A DNA stretch of 64,000 bases, taken from IMG/VR virus record IMGVR_UViG_3300024265_000031; one strand, given 5' to 3'. Position 1 is the stretch's first letter. The number at the start of each line of letters is the position of its first letter. The notes under the pieces were generated by a model. It searched no databases. It had not been told where the DNA came from and worked only from the letters and a program-made list of their open reading frames with translations. Shown piece after piece: positions 50,708 through 60,876 of the stretch. This DNA comes from a virus. Both the position numbers and the translations under genes were made by a program.

Positions 50708-51229
50708 TTATCTTACAAAATCATGATACAACAATTGATCATACATAGCAACAATAAAATCTTGCCATTCTTGTAATTTATGACCCTTGCGTTGAGAAAT
50801 CATATGTCTCAATGCTTTATAATTAGTACAAACAATTCTTCTTTGAAGAAATGATTCGGGTAAAAGACTTTTAGCTTTTTTCAATTTGTTAATACTTATT
50901 AATTTATTTAAAATAATAAGTATGGATCCTGGTATTGTATTCGCAAAATCATTTTGATCTAATTGTCTTTTCATAAGCGTATGCATTGTACTCTCAGATT
51001 GCTTTGTTACGCCAACCCTGTAAGTATCAAACTCTTGCCACCAATACCTGGGAGCTACAATATCAATCCATACAACAATACTTTCTAAGAATTTATTATG
51101 TCCCCCATCTTTCATTGCAAGTTTTTTTGCAATTGCTCTGGCCCGTACAACTGTTTGATTGTAAGACAAAGAAATTCCCAACATTGCTTCATCACAACCA
51201 GCCTCTCGCAAAACAGTAAAAGTTGCCAT
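50708..51229 (-). CDS. ThyX-related phage protein
   Basis: GHNKFLE...APRYWWQEFDTYR...SESTMH, LPESFLQ.R...NY..LR. Confidence 0.6.
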   Translation of the reverse strand: MATFTVLREAGCDEAMLGISLSYNQTVVRARAIAKKLAMKDGGHNKFLESIVVWIDIVAPRYWWQEFDTYRVGVTKQSESTMHTLMKRQLDQNDFANTIPGSILIILNKLISINKLKKAKSLLPESFLQRRIVCTNYKALRHMISQRKGHKLQEWQDFIVAMYDQLLYHDFVR

Positions 51230-51407
51230 TATTTATCTAACACGTTCTTTTTAGCAATTTCAAAAATTTCTTTAAGCGAATCTCTCATTTCACTAATACT
51301 ATCATTATCAACCCATTGACATATATCATAAATCTCATCCCAGTTTTCTTCCATAATTTTTATATAATCTTTTAGTACTTCTAAATCTTCCTGCAATTCT
51401 TTAATAT

Positions 51408-51884
51408 TCATGCTCTTCTCCTTGCATAGGAAATTAAATAAGTTTTAGCCCATTTTTTCACTGCATTATCTGACACACCATATTTTTTACCCATTGCTAC
51501 CCAAGACATTCTTGATATGTCCTTTTGCAATTGTAGTTTGCTTGGTCTTCTAACTTTTCTACTGCCCCAAGCACGACATTTTTCACAACAATATTTTTTG
51601 TTATAAGTTTTAACATCGCATATGGCACAAACCCTGGGCGGCATCTTGTTTGGCTTCAATAAATGATGCCTATGATGTTCACCAGCATTCATTAATTCCA
51701 AATTATCTATAGAATTGTTTAATTTATTTCCATCTATATGATGAACATGTTCATTAGATTCTAAAATCCTTCCAAGTTTTTCATACATAATTAAACGATG
51801 TTTATATATTCTGCCTGTTGAATCTGCCATGGGATGATTTTTTATATGTACAGCTTCGTATCCATGACTTTTATCTATCCACAT
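51408..51884 (-). CDS. HNH endonuclease with C-terminal HTH (homing-type)
   Basis: HRLIM...HVHHIDGNKLNNSIDNL; GKKYGVSDNAVKKW. Confidence 0.85.
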   Translation of the reverse strand: MWIDKSHGYEAVHIKNHPMADSTGRIYKHRLIMYEKLGRILESNEHVHHIDGNKLNNSIDNLELMNAGEHHRHHLLKPNKMPPRVCAICDVKTYNKKYCCEKCRAWGSRKVRRPSKLQLQKDISRMSWVAMGKKYGVSDNAVKKWAKTYLISYARRRA

Positions 51885-51905
51885 TTTTTCTCCTTTTTAT
51901 TTCTA

Positions 51906-51980
51906 CAGGACGTAAGGGAATCGAACCCAAGATTGCCTACTGTTTTGGAGACAGTTATGCTACCATTACACCAACGTCCT
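51906..51980 (-). tRNA. tRNA-Trp(CCA)
   Basis: actgt-ctccaaa-acagt. Confidence 0.9.
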
Positions 51981-52000
51981 AGATAAAATGATGCTTTTAT

Positions 52001-52219
52001 TTAAGGTGCTATTCCAACGTTCCACTCATAGCCACCATCACAATAACCGTCATCAATATGGGGATTGCACCCACACTGTTCATATTCTTTGATAAATTTA
52101 TCATACTGATCTTGAAGCAACACCCTAATCATTTGATCAATGACCCACATTTTATGATGCCCTCCGTCAATTTGTGCGTATTGATATGCCACTTGGATTG
52201 CCTCGTCTATTTTGCTCAT
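52001..52219 (-). CDS. Phage hypothetical protein
   Basis: QIDGGHHKMWVIDQM...WNVGIAP; bounded by junction motifs. Confidence 0.65.
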   Translation of the reverse strand: MSKIDEAIQVAYQYAQIDGGHHKMWVIDQMIRVLLQDQYDKFIKEYEQCGCNPHIDDGYCDGGYEWNVGIAP

Positions 52220-54068
52220 TTTTCTCCATATAAAAGATGTTTTTATTTAACTTCTTCGTAATTTATTTCAATCCATTCATTAGCCCAATGCTCTGCCTCT
52301 TTCCATTTTTCATCAGGAGACAACTCTTTCCATTCCTCTTCTGAATATCCTAAATCCTCCACGTCAAACACATCTATTTGGTCGTTCATAAATCCAATTC
52401 CTACCGTAAATTTTACTTTCATATTTCTCTCCAGATAAAATGGCGCTTTTATCTACTCACCTAAATCCCATTCTTCATACTCATCACAAACTGTATCTTC
52501 TTCTATTGAAAACTTTGATTCTTTCAACCTAATACAATAGTATTCCTCATGATCAAATTCTACAAGACAATGTGTGCAATAATTACAACATGGTACAGTT
52601 CTAAAATTAATTGATTCTTTGAATTTGGTTAATTCTTTATTATCCATAGTTTTCCTTACATAAAACAACGATTTTATCTAGTTTTGAATGCATCACAACA
52701 ATTATTTCCTTCCGTATAAAGAATTATTTCATCTCCCAATTTTGTGTATCCAATTTTTAAACATTTGTAATCTTCATCATAATATAGCATCTCGGAATAT
52801 TCACAATTTTGACAACATTTAGATTCACTAAAATTATTTTCTTTCTTGAATTGAGAAATTTTATTATCTATTTCAATTTGCCTTTTCTCTAATTCTATAT
52901 TCTTAGCAATAATTTTACATCTATCACATGATTTTGGTTCAATGTTCCTTGATCTTACTTGGGTTGTGCCACACTCAACACATTCAAAATAATATTTCTT
53001 TTTTGTTTTTGCTTTCTTATAGGACATAATTTTCTCCAAATAAAACCATCATTTTATTCTGGTTTAAGATCGCCTAATTTTTTTCCGCAAAATGGACAAT
53101 AACGCATCATCATACTGTCGTCATGTAATGATGGTCTAATAAAAAGATTGTAAACAGAATTGATTCCGAAATAATTTTTATAAATAGCAACACTTATTTC
53201 TTCACAGCAAGCATTTGCGGTTTCATGCCTTGTTACATCTTTTATTTTCATTTGTTTTGGACTAATTACTTTGTTCACAATAAAACCCTTTTTTCATCTT
53301 GAATTTTTAATTCTTTTATTTTCATTATTTTACGTTAATAAACAAGATATTTTCATTTGAAAAATAGTAATATAAGATTTATAAATATAGGTATAGGTTT
53401 GAATGTAACTAATACAAGATTTTGCTTCATAGTAATCTATTAAAAATATAATACATATAAGAAAAAAAATAGAAGTTGCCACCACAGAACGAAATATAAT
53501 CTTTTTGTGTATTTTATTCATATTTCTCAAGATGTTTTTTTAGTTTATCAACCATTTCTTTTTCAATAGGACTATTTTCTAAAGTAGGATCTTTATCGAC
53601 ATAATACCAGCCACTTTGCTCTAAATCTTTTTCAAAACAAATCCCAATTCTAAAATCATTGCTCACAAACTCAATCGCCAAGCTTCCATCATCACATTCA
53701 TAATAATCTAAAGAAACTTTACTCACAATAAAATCTCATTCCATCTCGTCATAAATTAAATATTCTTCATCACATGAAAAACATTTTTCTTTTGTCATCT
53801 TGTTTTCCAAATTGTCTTTAAAAATAACATTGCAACTATAGTAACACTTAGGACATTCCCATCTAAAAACAGTTTCGCTTTTAGCTTTTATCTTTTTCAA
53901 TAAATCTCCGTATATAAATTTTCATTATCATTTTCTAGTTTTTTAATTTCATTTTTTAATTCTTTATTTTCTTTTATAAGACAAGCGATTTTTTTATTCA
54001 AACTCTTTAATTTTTTCCCACACTTTTTACAACGTTTCATATAAGCATACCACACTTTACTCACAATG

Positions 54069-54857
54069 TCAAGCGATTCTGGATAATCCCCTTTTCTCTA
54101 AAATACTATTTTGTGCTTTCATAGTTTCTAAAGTTGCGAACTCTTTATAACGATCATAAATAGTTGGTAACAGCGTATTGAATTCTGATCGGCTACTTGA
54201 CATTGTGCTACCATCTTGCCTCCAAGTATACTCACAAGTAGCAACCCTCATATGATGAAAATCATGATCTCTTGATATTCGAATCCACAAATCCCAATCC
54301 TCATATGCCTTAAAATCTTCATCGAATAAACCAGCCTTTTCAAGACAGTCTTTTCTATGCATTACACACAATACTGGTGTTATATTTTGAATCAATAAAA
54401 GATCTTTAGAAAAATCTACATCATATGCCATGTGTCTACCAATTGTTGTATAAAATCCATTGGGCTGTATCGTTTGCATATTTTGAATAGCATTACTATA
54501 TATAACATGAATATCATTGGCTTCCATTTTCTCTACAAGCAATCTAACATGTTCTGGGAAATACCAATCATCATCATCCAAATAGCAAATATATTTTCCC
54601 GAAGAATTTTTAATTCCTGTGTTTCTAGCCGCACCAAGTCCTTTATTTTTTTCATGGTTAAAGTATTTGATTCTACAATCATTCAATGTATCTACTACAA
54701 TTTGAGCATCTTCACCGTAATCATTTATTACAATAATTTCTAAATTTTTATAGGTTTGATTTAAAACACTTTCAATCGTTTTAGATAACATATTTAAACG
54801 ATTGAACGTTGGAACAACTATACTAACTAAAGGTGCTTCATTCATTATCTTTTTCAC
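54069..54857 (-). CDS. GT2 glycosyltransferase
   Basis: VSIVVPTFNR, AARN.G, YLDDDD, EDWDLW. Confidence 0.92.
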   Translation of the reverse strand: MKKIMNEAPLVSIVVPTFNRLNMLSKTIESVLNQTYKNLEIIVINDYGEDAQIVVDTLNDCRIKYFNHEKNKGLGAARNTGIKNSSGKYICYLDDDDWYFPEHVRLLVEKMEANDIHVIYSNAIQNMQTIQPNGFYTTIGRHMAYDVDFSKDLLLIQNITPVLCVMHRKDCLEKAGLFDEDFKAYEDWDLWIRISRDHDFHHMRVATCEYTWRQDGSTMSSSRSEFNTLLPTIYDRYKEFATLETMKAQNSILEKRGLSRIA

Positions 54858-55620
54858 TAAATTCCATTATGGGAAATCTATTCTCTATTTTTGTAGATAT
54901 TGCCAAATAATTTGAGTGTAGATAATTTTCCATTTCATCTATCCATTCCGACATATGTAAAAGCCCACTAGGAACTATCCTAAACAACGCATAATTATTT
55001 TTTAATAAACCAACAGTTTCTTTTAGTGTAGTTCTTGCATCTATAAAGCAACCACCATATTCAAACTGGATATAATCAATGGTCTGCTTTTCCATCATTT
55101 CTTTAGCTCCATCGATTACACGAAACTCAGCGCCCTCTACATCTATTTTTAGATAGTCAATATGCTTTATTTTTCTTTCTTTACAAAAATAATCAATTGT
55201 AATTCCATCAACATATATTATTTCTTTTTCAATACTGTTAGCTGCTTCAACATTGGGTCTACCAAAAAGATTACTCATTTCTGCAAGCTGCGGGTTATTT
55301 TTATACCAGTAAAAAGCAGTTTTACCACATTCATTTCCAATGATGTTATTTAATACTTCAACATTATTTCGTAGTGCAAAGAGTTGATAAGCTGCCAAGA
55401 ATGCGTCTGGAACTGGCTCAAAACAGTAAATAAACTTTGGAACCATAATACATAATGCAATCTGTGTCCATCTACCAGAGCTTGCTCCAACATCAAATAT
55501 AACACTGTCTCTTTGTAAAAATCCATGAAGAACATGATATTCACCATTGCTATATATATTGTCGTCTCCTATGCCTAGCCCCTTCGTTTGTTCTGTATAC
55601 GGATAAACCTGGTATTCCAT
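54838..55620 (-). CDS. FkbM-family methyltransferase
   Basis: FDVGA..G, FEP, LKIDVEGAE, IQFEY. Confidence 0.9.
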   Translation of the reverse strand: MEYQVYPYTEQTKGLGIGDDNIYSNGEYHVLHGFLQRDSVIFDVGASSGRWTQIALCIMVPKFIYCFEPVPDAFLAAYQLFALRNNVEVLNNIIGNECGKTAFYWYKNNPQLAEMSNLFGRPNVEAANSIEKEIIYVDGITIDYFCKERKIKHIDYLKIDVEGAEFRVIDGAKEMMEKQTIDYIQFEYGGCFIDARTTLKETVGLLKNNYALFRIVPSGLLHMSEWIDEMENYLHSNYLAISTKIENRFPIMEFSEKDNE

Positions 55621-55627
55621 TATTTTT

Positions 55628-56416
55628 TTACTCCTTTATTATTATGTTTAAATTATGCTTTTTACCCTCAAGCAAATCACGATAGCGCTCTATTATAATT
55701 TTTACATTTTTTGTTGTAGATGCCACCCAAATATCATGGCTTACTGGATTGTTTCTAGTTTTACCCCATGAGGCAGGAGAATCATAATTGATTACATATG
55801 CGCCCACTAGCCAACCTTTCTTTTTATAAGCCCTAAATCCTATGTCCTTATCATCACAGTCGATAGGAGCAAACTCTTCATCAAGATAATCCAATGTCTC
55901 TAGTTTTTGATGGTCAAACAATATTGGTGTTCTTACTATGATATCCCTTATTCCCAATGTGTTTCTAGGGCTATCAACATCTTTTCCAAACACATCAAAA
56001 CAATGAATTGTTTCATCAACTATTTTTTCATTCTGTGCATTTCTTCCAGTAACACCTAAAAGATCGGACACTTGTAAAAATGGTTTTAACATTCTTTTAT
56101 CAAAATCTTTTTCTAAAATTTGACAATCATCTTGCACTGTCATAATGTATGGATAAGAGGCTGCCCTAAATGTTAAATTATTGGCAATAACTTCATTTAC
56201 ATTGCCAGCATATAAAAATTTTGTTGGTATTTTACATGTGTTACCAACAATCCCTTTTACTATCTCTTCTGTTGTATCTATACATCCATCAAAAAGAATA
56301 ATAAGTTCTTTTACATTAGCAGACATATTTTGAATAATGCCATTCATTACCCTTGCAGCCAATCGCTCCTGATTGTACATAGATATACAAAGTGAAATTG
56401 AAAAATCTTTATTTAT
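55628..56416 (-). CDS. GT2-like glycosyltransferase (possible ATA start; first ATG at 56380)
   Basis: FDGC.D, VQDD, DDKD; paralog of 56413-57204. Confidence 0.8.
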   Translation of the reverse strand: MNKDFSISLCISMYNQERLAARVMNGIIQNMSANVKELIILFDGCIDTTEEIVKGIVGNTCKIPTKFLYAGNVNEVIANNLTFRAASYPYIMTVQDDCQILEKDFDKRMLKPFLQVSDLLGVTGRNAQNEKIVDETIHCFDVFGKDVDSPRNTLGIRDIIVRTPILFDHQKLETLDYLDEEFAPIDCDDKDIGFRAYKKKGWLVGAYVINYDSPASWGKTRNNPVSHDIWVASTTKNVKIIIERYRDLLEGKKHNLNIIIKE

Positions 56417-57204
56417 AAAGACTCCTTGATTATAATGTCTTGTGTATGTTTTTCCCCATTAATTAAATCTGCATGTCTTTCTATAATCATTTTTATATTT
56501 TTTATTCTAGATTTGTCCCAGATTGCATTTCGTATTGGCCTAGACTGTCTTGTTTTGCCCCACAACAAAGGAGAATCGTAACCAACCATAAACGCCCCAA
56601 CTATCCATCCATGTTCCCTATGAGCCCTAAAACTAATATCATGGTCATCGCCATATGTTGGCGCAAATTCTTCGTCAAGATAATTCATTGCTTCCAGTTT
56701 CTGATGGTCATACATAATAGGGCCCCTTATTATAATTTCGCGAACTCCTAAAATATCTCTAGGACTATCAACATCATGCCCAAAAAGATTATAAAAACTC
56801 AATTCACCATTTTCAATACGTTGATCTTGAGCGTTTCTAGCACTTACTCCTAAAAGATTTTCAACTTTAAAAAAGGGAAGCATTATTCTCTTATCAAAAT
56901 CTTTTTCCAACAATAACATATCGTCTTGAATAGTTAATATGTATGGACATGTTGCATTCTTAAATGTTAAATTATTAGCCTTAACTTCCCAAATATCATC
57001 TGCATAAATATATTGTGTTGGAACTTTACAACCATTCATTATGCTTTTCACAATGGTATCAGATCCATCATCACATCCATCAAAAACAAATATAATTTCT
57101 TTTACATTTTTGGATATATTTTTTATAATGCCATTAACTATACTTGTTATTATTGGTGCTTGATTATGTATAGACATACAAACCGAAACTGAACAATCTT
57201 TCAT
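56413..57204 (-). CDS. GT2-like glycosyltransferase
   Basis: FDGCDDGS, IQDD, DDHD. Confidence 0.85.
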   Translation of the reverse strand: MKDCSVSVCMSIHNQAPIITSIVNGIIKNISKNVKEIIFVFDGCDDGSDTIVKSIMNGCKVPTQYIYADDIWEVKANNLTFKNATCPYILTIQDDMLLLEKDFDKRIMLPFFKVENLLGVSARNAQDQRIENGELSFYNLFGHDVDSPRDILGVREIIIRGPIMYDHQKLEAMNYLDEEFAPTYGDDHDISFRAHREHGWIVGAFMVGYDSPLLWGKTRQSRPIRNAIWDKSRIKNIKMIIERHADLINGEKHTQDIIIKESL

Positions 57205-57851
57205 TTATCTTTCCAATAAATATTGTTTACAAAATCACTATAAATCCTTTCATAGTTATTTCTTGCAAAGTATTTATTTATTTCGTTTGCAAATCTTCCC
57301 AATGGTTTAATAGGGTGATTTTCATGAGCCTCAATAATAACCATTTTTGGTTTCCACAAACCAATATTGAATTGTTGCATAATTGCAAGTTCTGTACCTT
57401 CTGTATCTATGGATAATAAATCAAATCCAAAAGGCACGTTGATGCATTGCTCAAGCAAATCATTTAAAGGTAAACTATCCATTTCAGTATATTGTATATA
57501 TTGATTAATCCAATCACATTCCTTATAATATCTAATTTGTTCTGCTGAGGTGGTTGAAAGAGTTGCATTCATTGAAATCATGACTATACCCCTCTCCCCA
57601 ATGGCTGCTCTTATGCATGTTACTTGATGTTTTTTATCTTTATATGTTTTAAGTAATTCCTTAAAATTGAGTGGGTTTGGCTCAACACATATGCCCGACC
57701 ACCCCACATCTACCAATCCTGAAACATTGCTAAAATCGTATCCATTATAGGCACCAATCTCAACAAAAAATCCATCTGTTTTATTATCAAAATATTTTTC
57801 ATATATTTCTGCCAGCCCTTTTATATCGCAATTATCAGCTATTTTATACAT
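57201..57851 (-). CDS. FkbM-family methyltransferase
   Basis: FFVEIGAYNG..SN, VEPN, LSIDTEG.E. Confidence 0.9.
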   Translation of the reverse strand: MYKIADNCDIKGLAEIYEKYFDNKTDGFFVEIGAYNGYDFSNVSGLVDVGWSGICVEPNPLNFKELLKTYKDKKHQVTCIRAAIGERGIVMISMNATLSTTSAEQIRYYKECDWINQYIQYTEMDSLPLNDLLEQCINVPFGFDLLSIDTEGTELAIMQQFNIGLWKPKMVIIEAHENHPIKPLGRFANEINKYFARNNYERIYSDFVNNIYWKDK

Positions 57852-57852
57852 T

Positions 57853-58572
57853 TTATTCTCCTCGTTCTATAAGATGAATTCCGTCCCGTTCATGCACAAT
57901 ATGAAATGGATATAGGTAATACGGTAGGTTATATTTTTCTCTGAGTATTGAGAATATACTTTGCTCATGTCTATGATCATCAAATCTAGGCAAATTTTCC
58001 ATTTCGTTTTTAATCATTGTATCATAATCTACAGCAAAATTTACCCATTCTTGTACAAAATTTATTGTAAAATCTGTTCTATAAAACACCATAATGTTTA
58101 CTTGCATCTGGGGGGCATCCCAATACCTTGACTCATCACAGTTCATTTTAACAAACATATCTTTATGGGTAAAATTTTTATTATAATATACAATATTATG
58201 ATGTTCATGACAAAATATGTTGTTGGTGGTGGCAATATCTATTAGTGATCTGGGATTAGCCATAATAACATGATTAGAGTCGCACCACATAAGCACATCT
58301 TTATCTTCTATCTTGTTTAAAGCATCTTGAATAACTATAGGTTTAAAGCACCAACCATAGCTATCTTCTTTTAATACCCAAGGATTATTTTTGCAATATG
58401 AAGAGTTTTCAAACCAGTCATTATCATAATAAAAGCAATCATCAAAGTAAGGCTTGGCAGATTCAAAAAGCCTATGAACTTCTGACGTATAATCTCGATG
58501 AATTCCATATGATTCGTTATGGCGATTTTTTCCACGTTCCAAGCCTCCAAAAGATACAATATATTTTTTCAT
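57853..58572 (-). CDS. Putative glycosyltransferase (GT-A-like)
   Basis: WCFKP, WCDS, HRHEQSIFS; glycan cluster context. Confidence 0.6.
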   Translation of the reverse strand: MKKYIVSFGGLERGKNRHNESYGIHRDYTSEVHRLFESAKPYFDDCFYYDNDWFENSSYCKNNPWVLKEDSYGWCFKPIVIQDALNKIEDKDVLMWCDSNHVIMANPRSLIDIATTNNIFCHEHHNIVYYNKNFTHKDMFVKMNCDESRYWDAPQMQVNIMVFYRTDFTINFVQEWVNFAVDYDTMIKNEMENLPRFDDHRHEQSIFSILREKYNLPYYLYPFHIVHERDGIHLIERGE

Positions 58573-59231
58573 ATCAATTCTGCTAAATAATTATGTATTT
58601 CTTCGTCTTGAACCCCCCACCCCTTGGGCAAAATGTCCAAAGATCCATTATAAACCCTATAGCCCCTTGATTGCAACCATAATACAATATCTCCCGCCGT
58701 ATAACCACTATATTTATTGCAATCACCAGATTCAAATTGAATATATTTTATTTGTTTACTATTTATCATAGTCTGAGCACTTTTTAATACTGACATTTCA
58801 CTGCCTTCAGTGTCTATTTTAAGATAGGTAATTTTATTAGGCAATGCAACCAAATCCAAAGCAACAAAATCAACAATAACTTCAGCCATAACACGCGGCT
58901 TTTTAAAAAAATCTTCACGATAATAAAGACTAGAACATCCTGTTTCTGGTTTCATTTGATAAAAAAGTTTTTTAGTCAAGAATGCATTTATTATACCCAA
59001 ATTAAACAATTGCACTCTTTCATCTTCTTTATATTTCTCTAACCCTATATTATATGCATCTCTATTTGGCTCAAATCCAAAAACTTTTGATTTTACAAAC
59101 CTATCTAAAAATTCTTGGGTAAACACTCCAACATTAAATCCTACATCAATCAATATGGCATCTTGGTTTTCAGGAATTTTTCTCCTAACATGATCAAGAT
59201 AAAGACCTTCTTCTGGCATAATACTACTCAT
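58569..59231 (-). CDS. FkbM-family methyltransferase
   Basis: IDVGFNVG, FEPN, LKIDTEGSE, IQFE. Confidence 0.9.
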   Translation of the reverse strand: MSSIMPEEGLYLDHVRRKIPENQDAILIDVGFNVGVFTQEFLDRFVKSKVFGFEPNRDAYNIGLEKYKEDERVQLFNLGIINAFLTKKLFYQMKPETGCSSLYYREDFFKKPRVMAEVIVDFVALDLVALPNKITYLKIDTEGSEMSVLKSAQTMINSKQIKYIQFESGDCNKYSGYTAGDIVLWLQSRGYRVYNGSLDILPKGWGVQDEEIHNYLAELI

Positions 59232-59233
59232 AG

Positions 59234-60028
59234 TTATTCCATCTCTCTTAAAAATTTCTCTTGTTGTTGTGGGTTCATAGACATAAAATTATGTGGATAA
59301 TTGAGCAACATATCTTTTGCATTTTGTTGCCACTGATAAGGAAATAAGTTTGGTAATTGCGAAATAATGTATGATCTATATACTACTTCTAATTTTTTTC
59401 TGCGTTCAGATTGAAAGGACGAATCCTCTCTTACTCTATAATAAAAAAGATCTGATGCAATATGTTTGCCATACCAACCCTTTGCCCCAAGTCTCAAATA
59501 TAATTGGTAGTCTTCTAGGTAGCAGAAATTATTCAAATCATATCCACCAATATCCACATATGCTGCTTTTCTAAATAGCGAACAGTAACTTATAAAATTA
59601 CTTTGTATGAGTTGAAAAAGAGAATATTCTAGAGAAGGCGTTCTGTTAAATAACTGTTGTGCAAAATACACTGTATCAACATAAGCGAATCCAACATTTG
59701 GGCATTTTTCTAATGTTATTAATGTCGTATCTAAAAACACTGATTGAATTTTATCATCTGGATCAAGAGGCATATAAAAATCATTATTTGATTTCATTAT
59801 TCCTAAATGTCTAGCTTTTGTGGCTCCAATATTGTTTGTTCTTATTACATCTATAGAATAATCAGAATATTTTTCACATACTTCCTTTATTGGTTTATTT
59901 AAGTCATTATTAGAACTATCGTTAATTATTATTATATCCCAGTATTTAAATGTTTGATCAATAACGCTTTTAATTGCTTCTTCTAAATAATCTGCTTTAT
60001 TATAGCAAGGAATAATTACACTAATCAT
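59234..60028 (-). CDS. GT2 glycosyltransferase
   Basis: ISVIIPCYN, LDPDD, GGYD, EDY. Confidence 0.9.
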   Translation of the reverse strand: MISVIIPCYNKADYLEEAIKSVIDQTFKYWDIIIINDSSNNDLNKPIKEVCEKYSDYSIDVIRTNNIGATKARHLGIMKSNNDFYMPLDPDDKIQSVFLDTTLITLEKCPNVGFAYVDTVYFAQQLFNRTPSLEYSLFQLIQSNFISYCSLFRKAAYVDIGGYDLNNFCYLEDYQLYLRLGAKGWYGKHIASDLFYYRVREDSSFQSERRKKLEVVYRSYIISQLPNLFPYQWQQNAKDMLLNYPHNFMSMNPQQQEKFLREME

Positions 60029-60876
60029 ACTAAATCTACTTCCATATGTACAGAATTGGATATGAGTCCATCAAATTTTTTAGGATCAATTCTAATACCA
60101 TTATTATAAAACCATAAAAGATTTCTTGCAGAATGGTTTACTTTATTTCCAGATCTGTTGTCTGGAGCAACATCCTGCACCTTATTACATGGATTACAAA
60201 AGGCTACAGACTGTTCATAGCAAGATAAAGTTGGCATTTTATTTAAAAATGTATTCTTGTCCGAATCCATATATACATTGGCTATACTATTCATTAAAGA
60301 TTCTAGCTCATTAGGATTTTTAAAATCATACATTTTTAATGGCTCAATGAAATTTTTCACTCTATATACAGAACTAGATACCTCTGCAGGATATCCAAAA
60401 TCTCCATCTGCATTTGTCCAATTATATCCTAACATACTACTAGTAACTTCTGCTACAAATGGAGTATCTTGTATTCTATCAAGAGTATAACAATAATTTG
60501 TATTCTTTCCTAACCTTAAAGAAAATCCAACTGTGTTCTTGCGACTATCTAAAACATGAACAATCTTTTTTAAACTAAAATCATGAGTAAAAATACAATC
60601 ATCCACCAGAAATAAAACGTGCGTTTTATCTTTGAGAAGATTCAACACATCTTGTTTGAAATTAATTTCTTTAACTAAATGTGTATAATCTCCCCATTCA
60701 ATGTCTAATTGACTATATGCGTCTTGATATTCTGGATCGCAAGTATAAATAGTTGTTATATCCATCTCTTTCCAAAAATTATATGAAGAAACATCTGAAT
60801 GGCGATGAAAAGATGATAAACAAAGGTCAAGTTGCAAGGGGCGATTGCGACTGAATACAATAACTGCCATGTTCAT
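60025..60876 (-). CDS. Putative glycosyltransferase (GT-A fold)
   Basis: FSRNRPLQL, FLVDD, SLRLG. Confidence 0.6.
   Translation of the reverse strand: MNMAVIVFSRNRPLQLDLCLSSFHRHSDVSSYNFWKEMDITTIYTCDPEYQDAYSQLDIEWGDYTHLVKEINFKQDVLNLLKDKTHVLFLVDDCIFTHDFSLKKIVHVLDSRKNTVGFSLRLGKNTNYCYTLDRIQDTPFVAEVTSSMLGYNWTNADGDFGYPAEVSSSVYRVKNFIEPLKMYDFKNPNELESLMNSIANVYMDSDKNTFLNKMPTLSCYEQSVAFCNPCNKVQDVAPDNRSGNKVNHSARNLLWFYNNGIRIDPKKFDGLISNSVHMEVDLV

Larger units (their letters stand above)
22216..53297. repeat. Dispersed palindromic junction motif ATAAAA-N6-TTTTAT (about 45 copies in the window, mostly in this span)
   Basis: 33 perfect N6 copies counted by eye (e.g. 22216, 22686, 22915, 24385, 26111, 27207, 34222, 36967, 45680, 53040), 6 N5, 2 N7 and several one-mismatch copies; nearly all at gene junctions next to a GGAG RBS. 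Confidence 0.92.

Noticed and set aside
22216-53297. CRISPR array or classical integron attC array
   Set aside because: Repeats are 18-22 bp with whole genes between them; no cas genes; no GTTRRRY/RYYYAAC boxes; the recombinase shows no obvious IntI-specific insertion
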